Below are positions 11,475 through 22,272 of a DNA stretch of 64,000 nt, piece by piece. A program made the position numbers and the translations under genes. How positions within the stretch are numbered: the stretch's first letter is position 1; every line of letters starts with the position of its first letter. The DNA is from Naegleria gruberi (taxonomy: Eukaryota). The notes below the pieces were generated by a model. It had not been told where the DNA came from and did no database searches. It saw nothing but the letters and a program-made list of their open reading frames with translations. The stretch is from assembly GCA_000004985.1 (NCBI GenBank), contig GG738845.1. One strand, given 5' to 3'.

Positions 11475-12537
11475 TCAATTAACAAAGACAAGTGCCAAAG
11501 CAAGAATACACACAACCATTCCAAATAAAAACATGAAAGGAGGTGCAAATAAATCGGCCACATACATGCCACCAATCAATCGTCTTGTTGCGTATTGGAA
11601 TCGAATGAAAGAGTAAATGAAAATCAATAAACCCAAAATTACAAAAATTGTTCCAATAGAAACCATTAGAATTTTAACTTCTGCAGTATCAGACGAAGAT
11701 GTTAACACTAAAAAATCAGTACATGCATTCTCTTGAAAACTTACATTTGGAAACTGCAATACCAATTGCCACAATTGACAATGCAGTTCTAACCCAAGCT
11801 AATTGAGTTCTCTCCACAGCCAACAAATCTCTTGCTTCTGATTGTTTGTTTGGATGAAAGGTCCACCTAGGAATGAAACCCATTAAATAATCAAGAGAAT
11901 ATCTCTTATTGGATGATTGTCCTGTTATTGTAGATTCATCTTTATGATGTTGTTCCTTTTCCTCAGCTGAGGGTGACATTATAACGTCCTTCTTCTTATC
12001 AACATTAATATCTTTTAATTCAATTTCCATTAGCAAATCATCATCGGATTTTACCTCATCCGAAAGGTTATTACCACTTGTATGCATCATGACAGATCCT
12101 CCACATTGTAATTCTTCTTCTTGTGTTTCATCTAGTAATTGCAAGGATGCACCAGCGAGCTTTGATTTTGAAAAATTCATTCCTGATGATGGTGGTGGTA
12201 GTGAGGAGAAAGGTTGTAATTTTTTGTTTTCTTCTTGATTGATAATTGTCGTTATTGTATTGTCCATTTGTGTTTCATCCGATTTGGGAGTGGTTATGGT
12301 AATATCGATTATTGGCAATGATGATAATGAAGTATTGGATGCATGTTCTTCTGTTGATGATGGTAGTGATTGAGCGGCATTTTGCTTTGAATCTTCATCT
12401 TGTTGATGATGATTTATATTTGATAAGGAAGAGCTTAATTGCTCACTCCTCTCCACACTTCCTCCAAAACTCACAGACCTCTGCAAAATGGTATCAAGTC
12501 GGGGTGATGTTGTTATTGTTATTGTCGTTTGCGACAT
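11475..12537 (-). CDS. DUF202 (YidH)-type three-helix membrane protein, paralog B, 2 exons: join(11475..11707,11745..12537)
   Basis: RWTFHPNKQSEARDLLAVERTQLAWVRTALSIVAIGIAVSK|L|LTSSSDTAEVKILMVSIGTIFVILGLL... aligns residue-for-residue with paralog A. A 37-nt intron (GTAAGT...TTTTAG, phase 1) sits at exactly the same position as intron 2 of paralog A, and a long S/T/Q-rich N-terminal extension precedes the domain. Confidence 0.6.
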
Positions 12538-14095
12538 TTTTTCATCAAAAGTTACTGACTTCTGTGATTCTCAATAACAATTTCCCTTATTTTCTTCTGG
12601 CCATTATTATTGCGCCATTTTATTTGTCGGCTAAATTCAGAGCCTAAAATTTCATAATTCATATGAAATTTTGTTATGAAAACTCTAGAATAAATAAACA
12701 AGATGTTTGCTGAATGTTATTGAGGACTTTTTATATGAATTTTGTTGTTTTGGTTGTGTGTGACTAATTCATGCTCCTTAAAACCTTTTCAAAATATTAG
12801 ATTGTTCTCTTGTATCTTCTTTGAAATCTCGATAACTAGATTAGGTTGTATTTTTTTTAAAATTTTACTGAAAAACCATTATTTCAAATTCATTTTTCAA
12901 TACAAGACCTTATTAAAATCTGTCGAAGTTGAATTAGTAATTTCTTGTTGTGCTTGTTTAATTTTTTAAACTTAATATTCAATTTCTTTGTTGTGTTTGT
13001 TTAATTTTTTGTTTATTTATTTAGTTATGTTTGTTTATTTTTTTGTGGATGTTAAATTGTTTGTTGATTTTTTATGTTTTTAATTACAATAGAAAGTTGT
13101 AAAATGTAGTTTCAAATTTAAAAATTCATTTACATTATCTGATTTTAAATTCTTCTCTTCAAATCTATCAAGAGGGCGGTTAGATCAGTCTTATTTTGGC
13201 TAGAAAGATGAAGAGGTGAAAGAATTTGTTGTTTATTGTGAGCGTAAGATGATAACTTTTCAACATACTAATAATTCTTTTGTGAAGATTTTACATCTTC
13301 AATCTTCTCCTCTAATAATTGAAAATATGCCACTAATTGAAGCAGCATACAAAATGGTAAACTTAGAATCAAATTTCGTAAACACGGATAAATGAAAATG
13401 ATTAAGGCAACTACAAAATTATCAATAAAATATTCACTCTAGAAAGCGGATTCAAAGAGAAATTAAAATGCTGTCTCTTTTTATATGTCGTTGTTAGGGG
13501 CGAAATATTTGTAGTGGTTTTAATAATAAATAACAAATCATATTTAAAAGAATTAATTTGATTTTCTTGATGAAATAAAATGTGATAGGTTTGATGTTCC
13601 ATTTTTTTTAGATTCTTTTTATTCAAAAACTAAACCTCTAAAGTAATATATCCCAACCCCTTTTTGGATATTGGTGAATAAATTTATTGTAATTGAGTTG
13701 ATAAGCTAATAAATATTCGTAAAGTGATTTGACTGGGATAGATATTGGATATTAATATACTCTTTGAGAATGCAGATAGTGGTATTTCTTGGATATTGGA
13801 ATTGGTTGTCATTTAGTTTGGTACTGAAAGACATTTTCATCACACTCTTTGAGAATTGGTGAATAAAGTTTCTTCCTTTACAACGAAACTCTTAAGTACA
13901 ATAAACATGGGTTTTCCAATTTAAAATCAATCAACATTATCAAGAGGTAACAAATAATGAAATCTTGTATTTAACGGTTCTAACATTTTCCCTTAAAGTA
14001 TCCAAAATAGACCCCAATGCCTTCTTCTTTCATTGTTAAAATTTCAGTTTCCATTTGTCCATTTCATTTTCCCACTAATTTTGTTACAATAAAAA

Positions 14096-14914
14096 ATGCC
14101 TGCTATTGAAATCCACATAACACTGGCGAAAGGTAAATCTGGTAAGACAAGAATTAAAGCCTTCGCTGATGGTTATTCCGTAACCGGATATATTAAACGT
14201 GTTTCTCACGATGTTTGTGTTGTGAGAATGGAAGCAGGAAGAAAGGAAAGGATTATTGCTTGCCTTGCAGCAATTGCACAAGAATTAATGGATGACTCAA
14301 ATTTTGAATTAATATTTAGTTCTATTAAGCCGTTGTTGGGCAGAAGAGAATACAATAAATTTTCCATAATTACGGACCAACAATGGAAGAAGAATTGCCA
14401 ACTTGCTGTTTCGTCCGATGAAACTTCTATTCCCCAAACCACAGTTAATAAGGAGGTTGTGTTTCAAAAAACAAACGTTAAGAACATGTTGGAGCAAATT
14501 ATGGCAGAGATGTCTGAGAGTGACGTATCCGAGAGTGATCCAAACATAGCAAATCAACCCACTCCATCAAGACTAAAGTATTCCCTATTCGAAAACTCTA
14601 CAAAGTACGTGGTAGAAGTGTCTGCTCCCTTTATACCTATTGAGAGCATTCATGTAGAATACACACTTGGAAAACTCAGCATACAGACACAGACAATAGT
14701 TAACTCCTATCACAATGGTATGAGACCTATTCAAGAAGGCTTCAAATATGGTGGATACACTCACACTGAAATAATTCTCCCTCCTTCCGCTGGTGGATTA
14801 GATTTTGATAACATTTTTCTTGATAAGGGTATTCTAATTGTGACTGTCCTTAAAAAAAAGGTGATAAAAGAGATTCCAATAATAAAGCCACAAGATATGA
14901 AAGTTCATCAATAA
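14096..14914 (+). CDS. Hypothetical protein with C-terminal alpha-crystallin/HSP20-like domain
   Basis: It is a single 272-aa ORF. The C-terminal segment KYVVEVSAPFIPIESIHVEYTLGKLSIQ...GYTHTEIILPPSAGGLDFDNIFLDKGILIVTVLKK resembles the ACD beta-sandwich (ILPxxA...DxIKA.L.NGVLTVT pattern). Confidence 0.5.
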   Translation: MPAIEIHITLAKGKSGKTRIKAFADGYSVTGYIKRVSHDVCVVRMEAGRKERIIACLAAIAQELMDDSNFELIFSSIKPLLGRREYNKFSIITDQQWKKNCQLAVSSDETSIPQTTVNKEVVFQKTNVKNMLEQIMAEMSESDVSESDPNIANQPTPSRLKYSLFENSTKYVVEVSAPFIPIESIHVEYTLGKLSIQTQTIVNSYHNGMRPIQEGFKYGGYTHTEIILPPSAGGLDFDNIFLDKGILIVTVLKKKVIKEIPIIKPQDMKVHQ

Positions 14915-14934
14915 ATGAAAGAATAGTATTATCT

Positions 14935-16422
14935 TTAATTTTGAATGGCATTAATGTGACTCATGTCTACATCAACCGCCATTGCTGTGCCAATTAAAGT
15001 ACTCTTCAAATTGAGAGGATTGGCGTTAATAATATCCATACCAACCTTTCTAGCAAATCCAGCAAGACCCAAACCTTTGAGCAATTCAACATGATTTTCA
15101 GCTTCAAAAACTCCCTTAATTGCATCTAAACCATCCAAATACATTTCATTTCTAGAGTATTGAACCTTTTCATATTCACTCTTCAAAACAGAATAATCAC
15201 CAACAGCAGATCCAGATCTAACACTCTTTTGAATTGCCTTAACAAGTTGAATAACATCAACAAATCCCATGTTAACACCTTGTCCAGCCATAGGATGGCA
15301 ACAATGAGCAGCATCACCAACCAAAGCAATACCAGGTTGAACATATTCACGACAGTGAAGTCTTTGGAGTGGGAAGCTACCAGCTGGGAAATAATTTACA
15401 GTTTCTGATTTTTCAGTGAGTATACTTGGAACAATCTTTAACTTTCCAAATATTGTGTTCATTTCTTCCAAAACTTGTGATTGTTTTCCAGATTTATAGG
15501 TCGACTCCAAGTTTATAGCCTTTGATGGTTCAGTAGACCAAATAATATTTCTAACATTTGATTGTTTGGTTGGAAGCATGGCAATAGGTCCATCACCTTG
15601 GAATTGTTGGTAGCAAAACATGTTCTTACCAGTGCAGGGCACACTATCTGTATCCACAAAAACATTAGTTACAAATGCTCTTTGCTTATACTTCGAAGAA
15701 TAGAATGGGAAGTTACAGAATTGTCTCACAAATGAGGCAGCGCCATCAGCTGCAATCAATAAATCACAAGTAATTTCTTCTGTCTTTTTCTCATTTCCTA
15801 CAATTGTTTGAAGAAGAAGCTTTTTAACATTTTGATCATTTCCTATGGATTTCAATTCTGATCCATCATAAAGTGATACGTTATCTTGTTTTTTAAGTAC
15901 TTCCGATAAATTTAAAACAATATCATTATTATCAACAATAGCTCCGATGGTTCCATCCTTACTGATTTCATCATTTAATCCAACTCCTCTATTGATCAAA
16001 GTTTCATTAACATTTTTAGCAGTATTAATTAATTGACCTCCAATTGTTGATAATGAACGAGCCAACATAGATGAACCTAAACTATCAAATGGGCCTTTAA
16101 ATTCATTCTCATTAGGATCCAAATTTAAAAAGTTTCCATCCTGATCCCAAACTTTCATTCCGTAATATTTAGCCATTGGTATCGGATTTGAATTATCTTG
16201 AATCTTTTCAAGAAGTCTAATTGATGTTCCGGTCAAGGCACTTGTTCTAATTCCAATAGAACCAGCACCCGATCCAAAGAAATTATTATTTGTTTGTATA
16301 GCAGGATTAATCATGGCAATCTTTAAACCGTTGGTATATTTAGCCTTTGCAAGAGCACTGGCCAAAGCATTACCAATCATACCTCCACCAACAATGCAAA
16401 CATTAAAATGTTGTCGAGTCAT
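14935..16422 (-). CDS. coq6: Ubiquinone biosynthesis FAD-dependent monooxygenase COQ6 (UbiH/UbiF family)
   Basis: Motifs include the N-terminal Rossmann VCIVGGGMIGNALA, DLLIAADGAASFVRQ, and GDAAHCCHPMAGQGVNMGFVD (the COQ6/UbiH FAD-binding motif). The ORF's listed start at 16500 is GTG, and the first ATG is at 16422. Confidence 0.85.
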   Translation of the reverse strand: MTRQHFNVCIVGGGMIGNALASALAKAKYTNGLKIAMINPAIQTNNNFFGSGAGSIGIRTSALTGTSIRLLEKIQDNSNPIPMAKYYGMKVWDQDGNFLNLDPNENEFKGPFDSLGSSMLARSLSTIGGQLINTAKNVNETLINRGVGLNDEISKDGTIGAIVDNNDIVLNLSEVLKKQDNVSLYDGSELKSIGNDQNVKKLLLQTIVGNEKKTEEITCDLLIAADGAASFVRQFCNFPFYSSKYKQRAFVTNVFVDTDSVPCTGKNMFCYQQFQGDGPIAMLPTKQSNVRNIIWSTEPSKAINLESTYKSGKQSQVLEEMNTIFGKLKIVPSILTEKSETVNYFPAGSFPLQRLHCREYVQPGIALVGDAAHCCHPMAGQGVNMGFVDVIQLVKAIQKSVRSGSAVGDYSVLKSEYEKVQYSRNEMYLDGLDAIKGVFEAENHVELLKGLGLAGFARKVGMDIINANPLNLKSTLIGTAMAVDVDMSHINAIQN

Positions 16423-17019
16423 TTTTTTTCTTCTTTTTTTGTGGTGATCGGAGTTCGATTTTATTAAATTGATTAAATTGATTAAGAAAAGAAAATACAC
16501 AATTGAAACTATTACAACAGCTTTTGTAAGTGTGAAAAGTCAAAGCTTGTGCTCTTATTTTTCAGTTTATTGAGCTTTCTTAGGACCTCACTCAGATCAA
16601 AAAATCTATTTTGCCGAATTGCATTGATTTTCAAAACAGTGTTCAGGCCACAAGTTCTAACTGATTACACTTTCTTTATTCTTAATGTTATCTCCTTCCA
16701 TCATCCTCAATATTTTCTAGATAAAGGCAATATCCCACTACGGCGTAGTCATATCCTCTTTCATTGTTGTGGAACTCTCTCAGTTGACACCTCCTTAATA
16801 CTCATTCACACACCTTTTTCTCTATCCGCTCGTTCTGATGATGTTTAGAAAGCTGTTATCCATTATTCTCTATAGATGAAAAACAGTGGTGGAAGCAATT
16901 TGCTTTACCGTAATTGAAAAATCAGTTAAGGACGCTGTTAAGGTTTTTTTATAACGAAAAAAACAAAGAAAAAAAAACCGTTTAACAAAGAACTTACTTC
17001 TCTATGCCAACCTCGTAAA

Positions 17020-17433
17020 ATGTCATCATCCCATTCTTCTGTTTATTCGCCAACTTCAGCATCGTCATCATCAGCTGCCTATTATTATAATTCAACACCG
17101 CCAACAACCCCAACAAAATCCTCATCATTGGGAACACTAAGTCGTTCTGCAAGTGCTGGTCGTCTTCCTGGATTGAGAAGTTTCAGGACACAAGTACAAC
17201 CACCCTCAAAATCACATCAAGAATATTGCATGGAAATGGCCAAGTTGAGGAATGTGAGAAAGAAATCGACCATGCAACTCGTTGAACAAATGAATTGTGT
17301 TGTTAAGGTTGTTCAGAATTTATCCAATGAGAGGGATGTATTTAGTGCTCCACCAACTGGAAGAAGAAAGGAGAGGGAAAGACTCTTCTCTGCTCGTTCT
17401 GTCAAGTCTATGAAAACCTACTTTAAGCCTTAA
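17020..17433 (+). CDS. Hypothetical Ser/Thr-rich basic protein (137 aa)
   Basis: It is an ORF with an ATG start in plausible context (aaaATG). The composition is low-complexity and no domain is recognised. Confidence 0.3.
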   Translation: MSSSHSSVYSPTSASSSSAAYYYNSTPPTTPTKSSSLGTLSRSASAGRLPGLRSFRTQVQPPSKSHQEYCMEMAKLRNVRKKSTMQLVEQMNCVVKVVQNLSNERDVFSAPPTGRRKERERLFSARSVKSMKTYFKP

Positions 17434-17803
17434 TGTGTTCTACTCTGAATCTCTTTGGAGGATAACCACAAGAGAGAGAGTTTGAACAATGATCTTTGGA
17501 TTTTTTGGTATGTGTGAAATTTTACTCAACATGCCAATTATAATCCCTCCTATAGGAACAATTTTGATGCAAACCAATGTAAAAACCCCTCTGTAAATTT
17601 GAAAACAATAAAAAGGTGGTGCTGAAATAAGAAACCAAGATTGTGTTGCTACGTCGGCCGTGTTAAATCAAAATAATTTACCAATTTGAAAATTATGAAG
17701 ACGGAAGGATAATTGAGAGAATATTTTCTCTTCCATTAGAATCAGATTGGTGGAATCATGTAAAGCAGTCCAAAACTTATCATGTTGTCTGTATAATTTG
17801 AAA

Positions 17804-18370
17804 TCAAGATGTGCAAAAATCGAAACAATAAATGGTACCCTCTGATTCACAAACTAATCTCTTGAAATTTCCATCATATTTAATAAAGACTGCCCGTACA
17901 TAGTGTTTTGGTAATCCATCAAAACTCTGAAATTTCACATCACAAAATGGAATACTTTCCAATACTTGTCCACTTCCTTTCTTTCTAACATTTCTAATAA
18001 AATAAAATCCCAACTCTCTCATTATACTCATCAATGAAATGGAGGAAAATCGTTTAAATCGTTGGGAATAATAATTTGTTCTATAATATTCGCTACAGAA
18101 ATAAAAAATTGACATGTGTTTTAAAGAACACTTATAAATTGACATGTCCCAATCTCCACTATTTTCTATTTGATAGTTTGGATGTGTTCTTAATTGATTA
18201 AACCTGTATTTGTAAAATAAAATTTGTGTTCGTAGGTCGGTTTTTGGTTTTGATTTGGATGGGTTGACTTGAAGTTGTGATTTTAGCATTCGGAAGAGAA
18301 TTTTCTGATCATTTTCTATAAAATTAATACAAGTTACAATAACAGGTTCCTCCTCTTCATGATTTGACAT
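17804..18370 (-). CDS. Hypothetical protein (188 aa); the C-terminus may continue into the adjacent minus ORF 17668..17850 via an unresolved splice
   Basis: It has an ATG start with an acidic N-terminus, but I could not identify a canonical intron that links the two ORFs. Confidence 0.4.
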   Translation of the reverse strand: MSNHEEEEPVIVTCINFIENDQKILFRMLKSQLQVNPSKSKPKTDLRTQILFYKYRFNQLRTHPNYQIENSGDWDMSIYKCSLKHMSIFYFCSEYYRTNYYSQRFKRFSSISLMSIMRELGFYFIRNVRKKGSGQVLESIPFCDVKFQSFDGLPKHYVRAVFIKYDGNFKRLVCESEGTIYCFDFCTS

Positions 18371-18808
18371 TTTTTTGAATTGTTTTATGACATGATTAAA
18401 AATTGGTGAAAATCTTCTATGCCCTTGCAGACATTATCCCCAAAAGATCTGCTTGGATTAGCGACTTTACAATATCCAAGTACTGAAAAAATGAACCTTA
18501 AAGAAAGTAGATATTATAAGGCCATTTAATTAAGAGGTTGAATTCCACTTTAAAACGAATCATTGTAATTACACTTCCAAATTTAAATTGGACTCTGTAT
18601 ATCAACATCTTAATGCAGAATTTTGAATCTTTCACCATGTGAGGGGCGTTATCTGCATGGCAGATATTTCTCTTGCAAAGATTTCACATCCACTCTGTGT
18701 CCTTCCAACAATGGATGCTTTAGTGGATGGACCACTTTGCATCAACATGGTCTCCAACTGCATTAACCAACCATATTATGATACAAGCATTTAAAAAAAC
18801 AAATCAAA

Positions 18809-19476
18809 ATGATTAAGGCATTCTTAATTGCTGTGTTGTGTTGTATCATGATGAGAGAAACATTGGCTCTCTCATGTAGAGCAGGTACTTATGAAGGTGT
18901 TGCCTTTGGTTCGCCTGCATGTATGCCATGTACTCCAGGATTCTATTGTCCTAATGGTAAGTAAGGATATTTTAATTTCCTAGTACATATGATATTATTT
19001 CATGTGAAGGTGTTGTTGCTGAAAGATGTCCATTCAATACTGTCAGTTTTGGAAGTGCTGATACTTGTACACAATGTGCTGATAATGCCAATAGAGGTAC
19101 TGATCCTGACCACGTAGCCTGTCTTTTAGCTGATGCACCAAAGGATATCGTTCAATTCAATAGCAAATTGGTTTTGACTTCAAGTGATCCAGTTAGTGCC
19201 TATACTACTTTACGTTATGAAAATTACTTGTACATTTTGATCAGAATTAAGCAAGTTAATAATATTGATCCAACTGTTAAGAACATGATTAAGGTCTATG
19301 GTGGTAGAACTTTTGCTAATCCAGGTCCAGCTCAATATGAAAGATATTCCAATTCTAAGGAACCATACATGTTATTACCATACACTTCATCATTTGACAA
19401 TGTTTATCTTACCATTATCGGTGCTCCTGATACTACACTCACTATTGAAATGAGTTTGATGCAAAAGAGAAGCTAA
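18809..19476 (+). CDS. Secreted cysteine-rich protein with GCC2/GCC3-like (TNFR/furin-like) repeats, 2 exons: join(18809..18956,19010..19476)
   Basis: The signal peptide MIKAFLIAVLCCIMM is followed by the repeats SCRAGTYEGVAFGSPACMPCTPGFYCPNG|VVAERCPFNTVSFGSADTCTQC (C..G.Y...C..C..G.YC pattern). A 53-nt intron has GTAAGT donor and GAAG acceptor in phase 1. Exon 2 is open from the acceptor into the listed 19168 ORF. Confidence 0.55.
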
Positions 19477-19584
19477 ATCAATTTGTCTAATAATGAAGTT
19501 AACTATCTGTTAATTTAAATCAAGATATAATAATGAACATACTTATTAAGTGGCTGTTTGTTTCTAATATTAAGTTTTTATAAT

Positions 19585-20713
19585 TTACGCTTCTGAGGTT
19601 AATAATTTCAAGGCAGCTTCTTCATTCTTCGAAGATACAGGCTCTTTAGCAATTTGGAAAGCTGAAATAAGAGCCATAGTTTGTAAAGATTCACTGGTTC
19701 CTAATGAAAGTCTATATTCGATATCACTCATCTTTTCTAATAAATAAATTCTTACTGCTATTGGAATGTTCAATTTCATTACGTATGGATGGATATCTCT
19801 CAGAATATCTTGGAGGGCCAATCCTCTTTCTGTCTTGATGTTCATAACCTTTTTATAGGCATCAGCAAGTGAGTCATTAAATAAAGAATTAATAATCAAT
19901 CTAATATCTTCCTTCAATGGGTTACCTGTACACATGTGAACGTTGTCTTCTGTTATTTGCCCAAATGACATGAATGTTGATTGGAGAATATTGACACACT
20001 TTCTCATATCACCATTAGACAATCTGTAAATAGCATCCAATCCAACTTGGTTATAGATTACATTTTCTTCTTTACAAATTTCCTCAAGTCTAGAAACAAC
20101 TTCATGTTTCTTGAGAGGGGAAAATCTAAATCTAGTACATCTGGATTGCAATGCAGGAATAATCTTATTCACATAATTGCAAATTAAACAAAATCTCACA
20201 TTTTTAGAATACTTCTCAATAGTACGTCTCAATGCAGCTTGGGCATCTTTAGTCATTTGATCAGCCTCATCCAAAATAATTAATTTAATATCAGGTGTTG
20301 TATCTTTTTGAGCTGTAAAGAATTTCAATCCTTTCGTTGATGCAAAGTCCTTGATTTCATTTCTAATAACATCAATACCTCTATCATCACTCGCATTCAA
20401 TTCAAGAACATTTTGTGTCAACCTATTTCCGAATAATTTCTTGGCAATGGCCAACACTGTACTAGTTTTACCTGTACCTGGTGGACCCTAAAATGATTTA
20501 TCAATATGTGATGACGATGATGTAATATTTATCGGATCTGTGATGATGACAAAAACTTACATAAAGTAAAAGGTGAGGTAATTTACCACCATCTATCAAT
20601 CGTTGAATTGTTGAAATAATTTCTGTGTGGGAAAGTAAATCCGTCAACTCATGTGGACGATACTTTTCAATCCACATTTTAGCATCAGATGATGAAGAAT
20701 TATTTTCAGGCAT
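19585..20713 (-). CDS. rfc5: Replication factor C small subunit, RFC5-type (yeast Rfc3), 2 exons: join(19585..20487,20561..20713)
   Basis: Exon 1 reads MPENNSS...WIEKYRP...GKLPHLLLY. Exon 2 carries the P-loop GPPGTGKTSTVLAIAKKLFG..., LELNASDDRGIDVIR, the DEAD-like box ILDEADQMT, and SRCTRFRF (the RFC box). A 73-nt intron has GTAAGT donor and TTTTAG acceptor in phase 0. The sequence is highly similar to human RFC5 throughout. Confidence 0.85.
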
Positions 20714-20721
20714 TTTTTTAG

Positions 20722-20747
20722 GGCGCGAAATTTGTTTGCGCGCCAAA
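20722..20747. promoter_or_regulatory. Inverted pair of E2F-type sites (GGCGCGAAA = TTTCGCGCC on minus; GCGCGCCAAA = TTTGGCGC on minus), 9-35 bp upstream of the RFC5 ATG
   Basis: The sequence is gggcgcgaaatttgtttgcgcgccaaaa. It contains two of the very few GCGC tetramers in the 64 kb window, arranged as a near-palindrome. Confidence 0.45.
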
Positions 20748-21019
20748 ATAATTCTAGTATTCACAAACAGTTGTTTTCAACAAAAGTTTAGTATATCCAA
20801 TACTTTTGGTTTCCTGTTGAATATGTTTAAAATTTAATCGAACCCTGATAAGAAAAGGTGTTTTAAATTGTCACAACCTTGTGTTTCCGTTACATAATCA
20901 AAATCTTCCCGCCATTTCAAACCGTTACTCATTCCAATTGTCAATGTCCCTTCAAAACTCTAATCATTAATATTTTAACAATTAAAAAAAAACACACCAA
21001 CAACAACAAACAATAACAA

Positions 21020-22063
21020 ATGGTGAGCAAGAGCAAACAATCCAACAAGGAAATTGTCGTTGAGGATGAACACTTCATCCCAGTCGAACCATCCGAACCA
21101 ATCCTCCCTCTCAACGAACTCGGTTCAAGATTGGGCAAGGCAGACAATGAAAAGTGGACAGGCTGCAAAGTTGTAGCAGACAAGGAAACTGGTGAGAAGG
21201 TTCTACTCGTCAGAGGTATTAAAAACAAGGAGAAGGATCGTAGTAAGAGAATGGTCAAGAAGGGTGGTGAATTTGATCCTGAAAATATTGTCTCAGGCAC
21301 CAGAAGAAGAAAGAATATTAATTATAAGGAAAATACCGAAAGAAAGGAAAGCAGAAAGACTAGCAGCAAGAATACCCATGAAAATAGATCAAAGGCTGTT
21401 GCAAAGACTTCAAAGAAAAAGTCAACCTCCAAGAAGAGAAAGGCAAAGGAAGAAGAACATTCCGAAGAAGAAGAAGAACACGATAAGGAAAATATTGAAA
21501 ATCAACAAGAAGAAGATGAAGAAATTGTTCAAGCTCCAAAGAGAACTAGAAAGAATAGAAAGAATGTATCTGTCAAGAAGGAAGAACCTAAGGAAGAAGA
21601 GCCAAAGGAACCTGAATGGACACTTCCACTCTCTCCTGTCGTTTGTCAATTGATTCAAAAACTTGGTGGTGAATTGCCAACTGAAGCTAAGAAGCGTTGT
21701 TATAAGGGTATTAGACTCTCAGAACCAGTTAATTATTGGTGTGCTGTCAAGTGGCCTGAAGATACTCTTTATGTTATGGATCCTGCCAAGACTAATGGTG
21801 AAACTGTTGGTCTCTTTAAACATGAATTGTTTGAATTGACTGAAATTGAACAAATACAATATGTTCAAGACAATCCAAATGCTGTCATGCTTGCTGATGG
21901 TGAAGGTCTCCTTACTTGTTTACCAGATGAATCTAATGATCCTGATTTTAATGTTCATATCATTCTTGAAGCTACTGAAGGTGCTGATGAATGTGTTTTC
22001 CGTATGAAACTCTCTGAATACCTTGCTTCGTTGTCTGTTGATCCAAGAAAGGTGGAAAATTAA
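21020..22063 (+). CDS. Hypothetical Lys/Glu-rich (likely nuclear) protein, 347 aa, single exon
   Basis: It is a long ORF with an ATG start. It has a basic KKRK stretch and a conserved-looking C-terminal globular region (WTLPLSPVVCQLIQKLGG...). Confidence 0.55.
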   Translation: MVSKSKQSNKEIVVEDEHFIPVEPSEPILPLNELGSRLGKADNEKWTGCKVVADKETGEKVLLVRGIKNKEKDRSKRMVKKGGEFDPENIVSGTRRRKNINYKENTERKESRKTSSKNTHENRSKAVAKTSKKKSTSKKRKAKEEEHSEEEEEHDKENIENQQEEDEEIVQAPKRTRKNRKNVSVKKEEPKEEEPKEPEWTLPLSPVVCQLIQKLGGELPTEAKKRCYKGIRLSEPVNYWCAVKWPEDTLYVMDPAKTNGETVGLFKHELFELTEIEQIQYVQDNPNAVMLADGEGLLTCLPDESNDPDFNVHIILEATEGADECVFRMKLSEYLASLSVDPRKVEN

Positions 22064-22272
22064 TTCACCAATACTTGTACATTCTCTAAGCTGTTAATAC
22101 TAGATTATAATATATTACTGAAATCAATTTCATATGATTGCCCTTTAAGTTGTGGCCACAATGATTGATTTCATTTCTCTAAGTTATTTAAATAAATTTA
22201 CTAATAATTATTTCACATTTAATGTTTCAAAATTTGCTTGACAAAATATCTTTCACTGAAAGATGCTCTAGT

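Noticed and set aside
12312-12969. Plus-strand ORFs 12312..12647 and 12742..12969
   Set aside because: The first is antisense to DUF202 paralog B. The second lies in an AT-rich intergenic region with Phe/Ile/Leu-rich translation typical of random AT-rich DNA.
13100-13560. tRNA-like or small-RNA candidates in the 12.7-14.1 kb intergenic region (for example gagggcggttagatcagtc and ggagttcgatttt near 16460)
   Set aside because: There is no acceptor-stem and T-loop (GTTCRANYC) combination or cloverleaf, so these are just isolated GC-richer words.
14084-14557. Minus ORFs 14084..14281, 14206..14442, 14309..14557 and plus ORF 15160..15408
   Set aside because: They are antisense to the HSP20-like gene and to COQ6 respectively.
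17668-17850. Attempt to splice ORF 17668..17850 onto the 3' end of 17804..18370
   Set aside because: The only GT in the overlap (GGTACC) gives wrong phases with every downstream AG. I left the upstream ORF as is and noted the uncertainty.
21192-21658. ORFs 21192..21653 (+) and 21422..21658 (-) within the Lys-rich gene
   Set aside because: They are frame-shifted or antisense readings of an AAG/GAA-rich coding tract.
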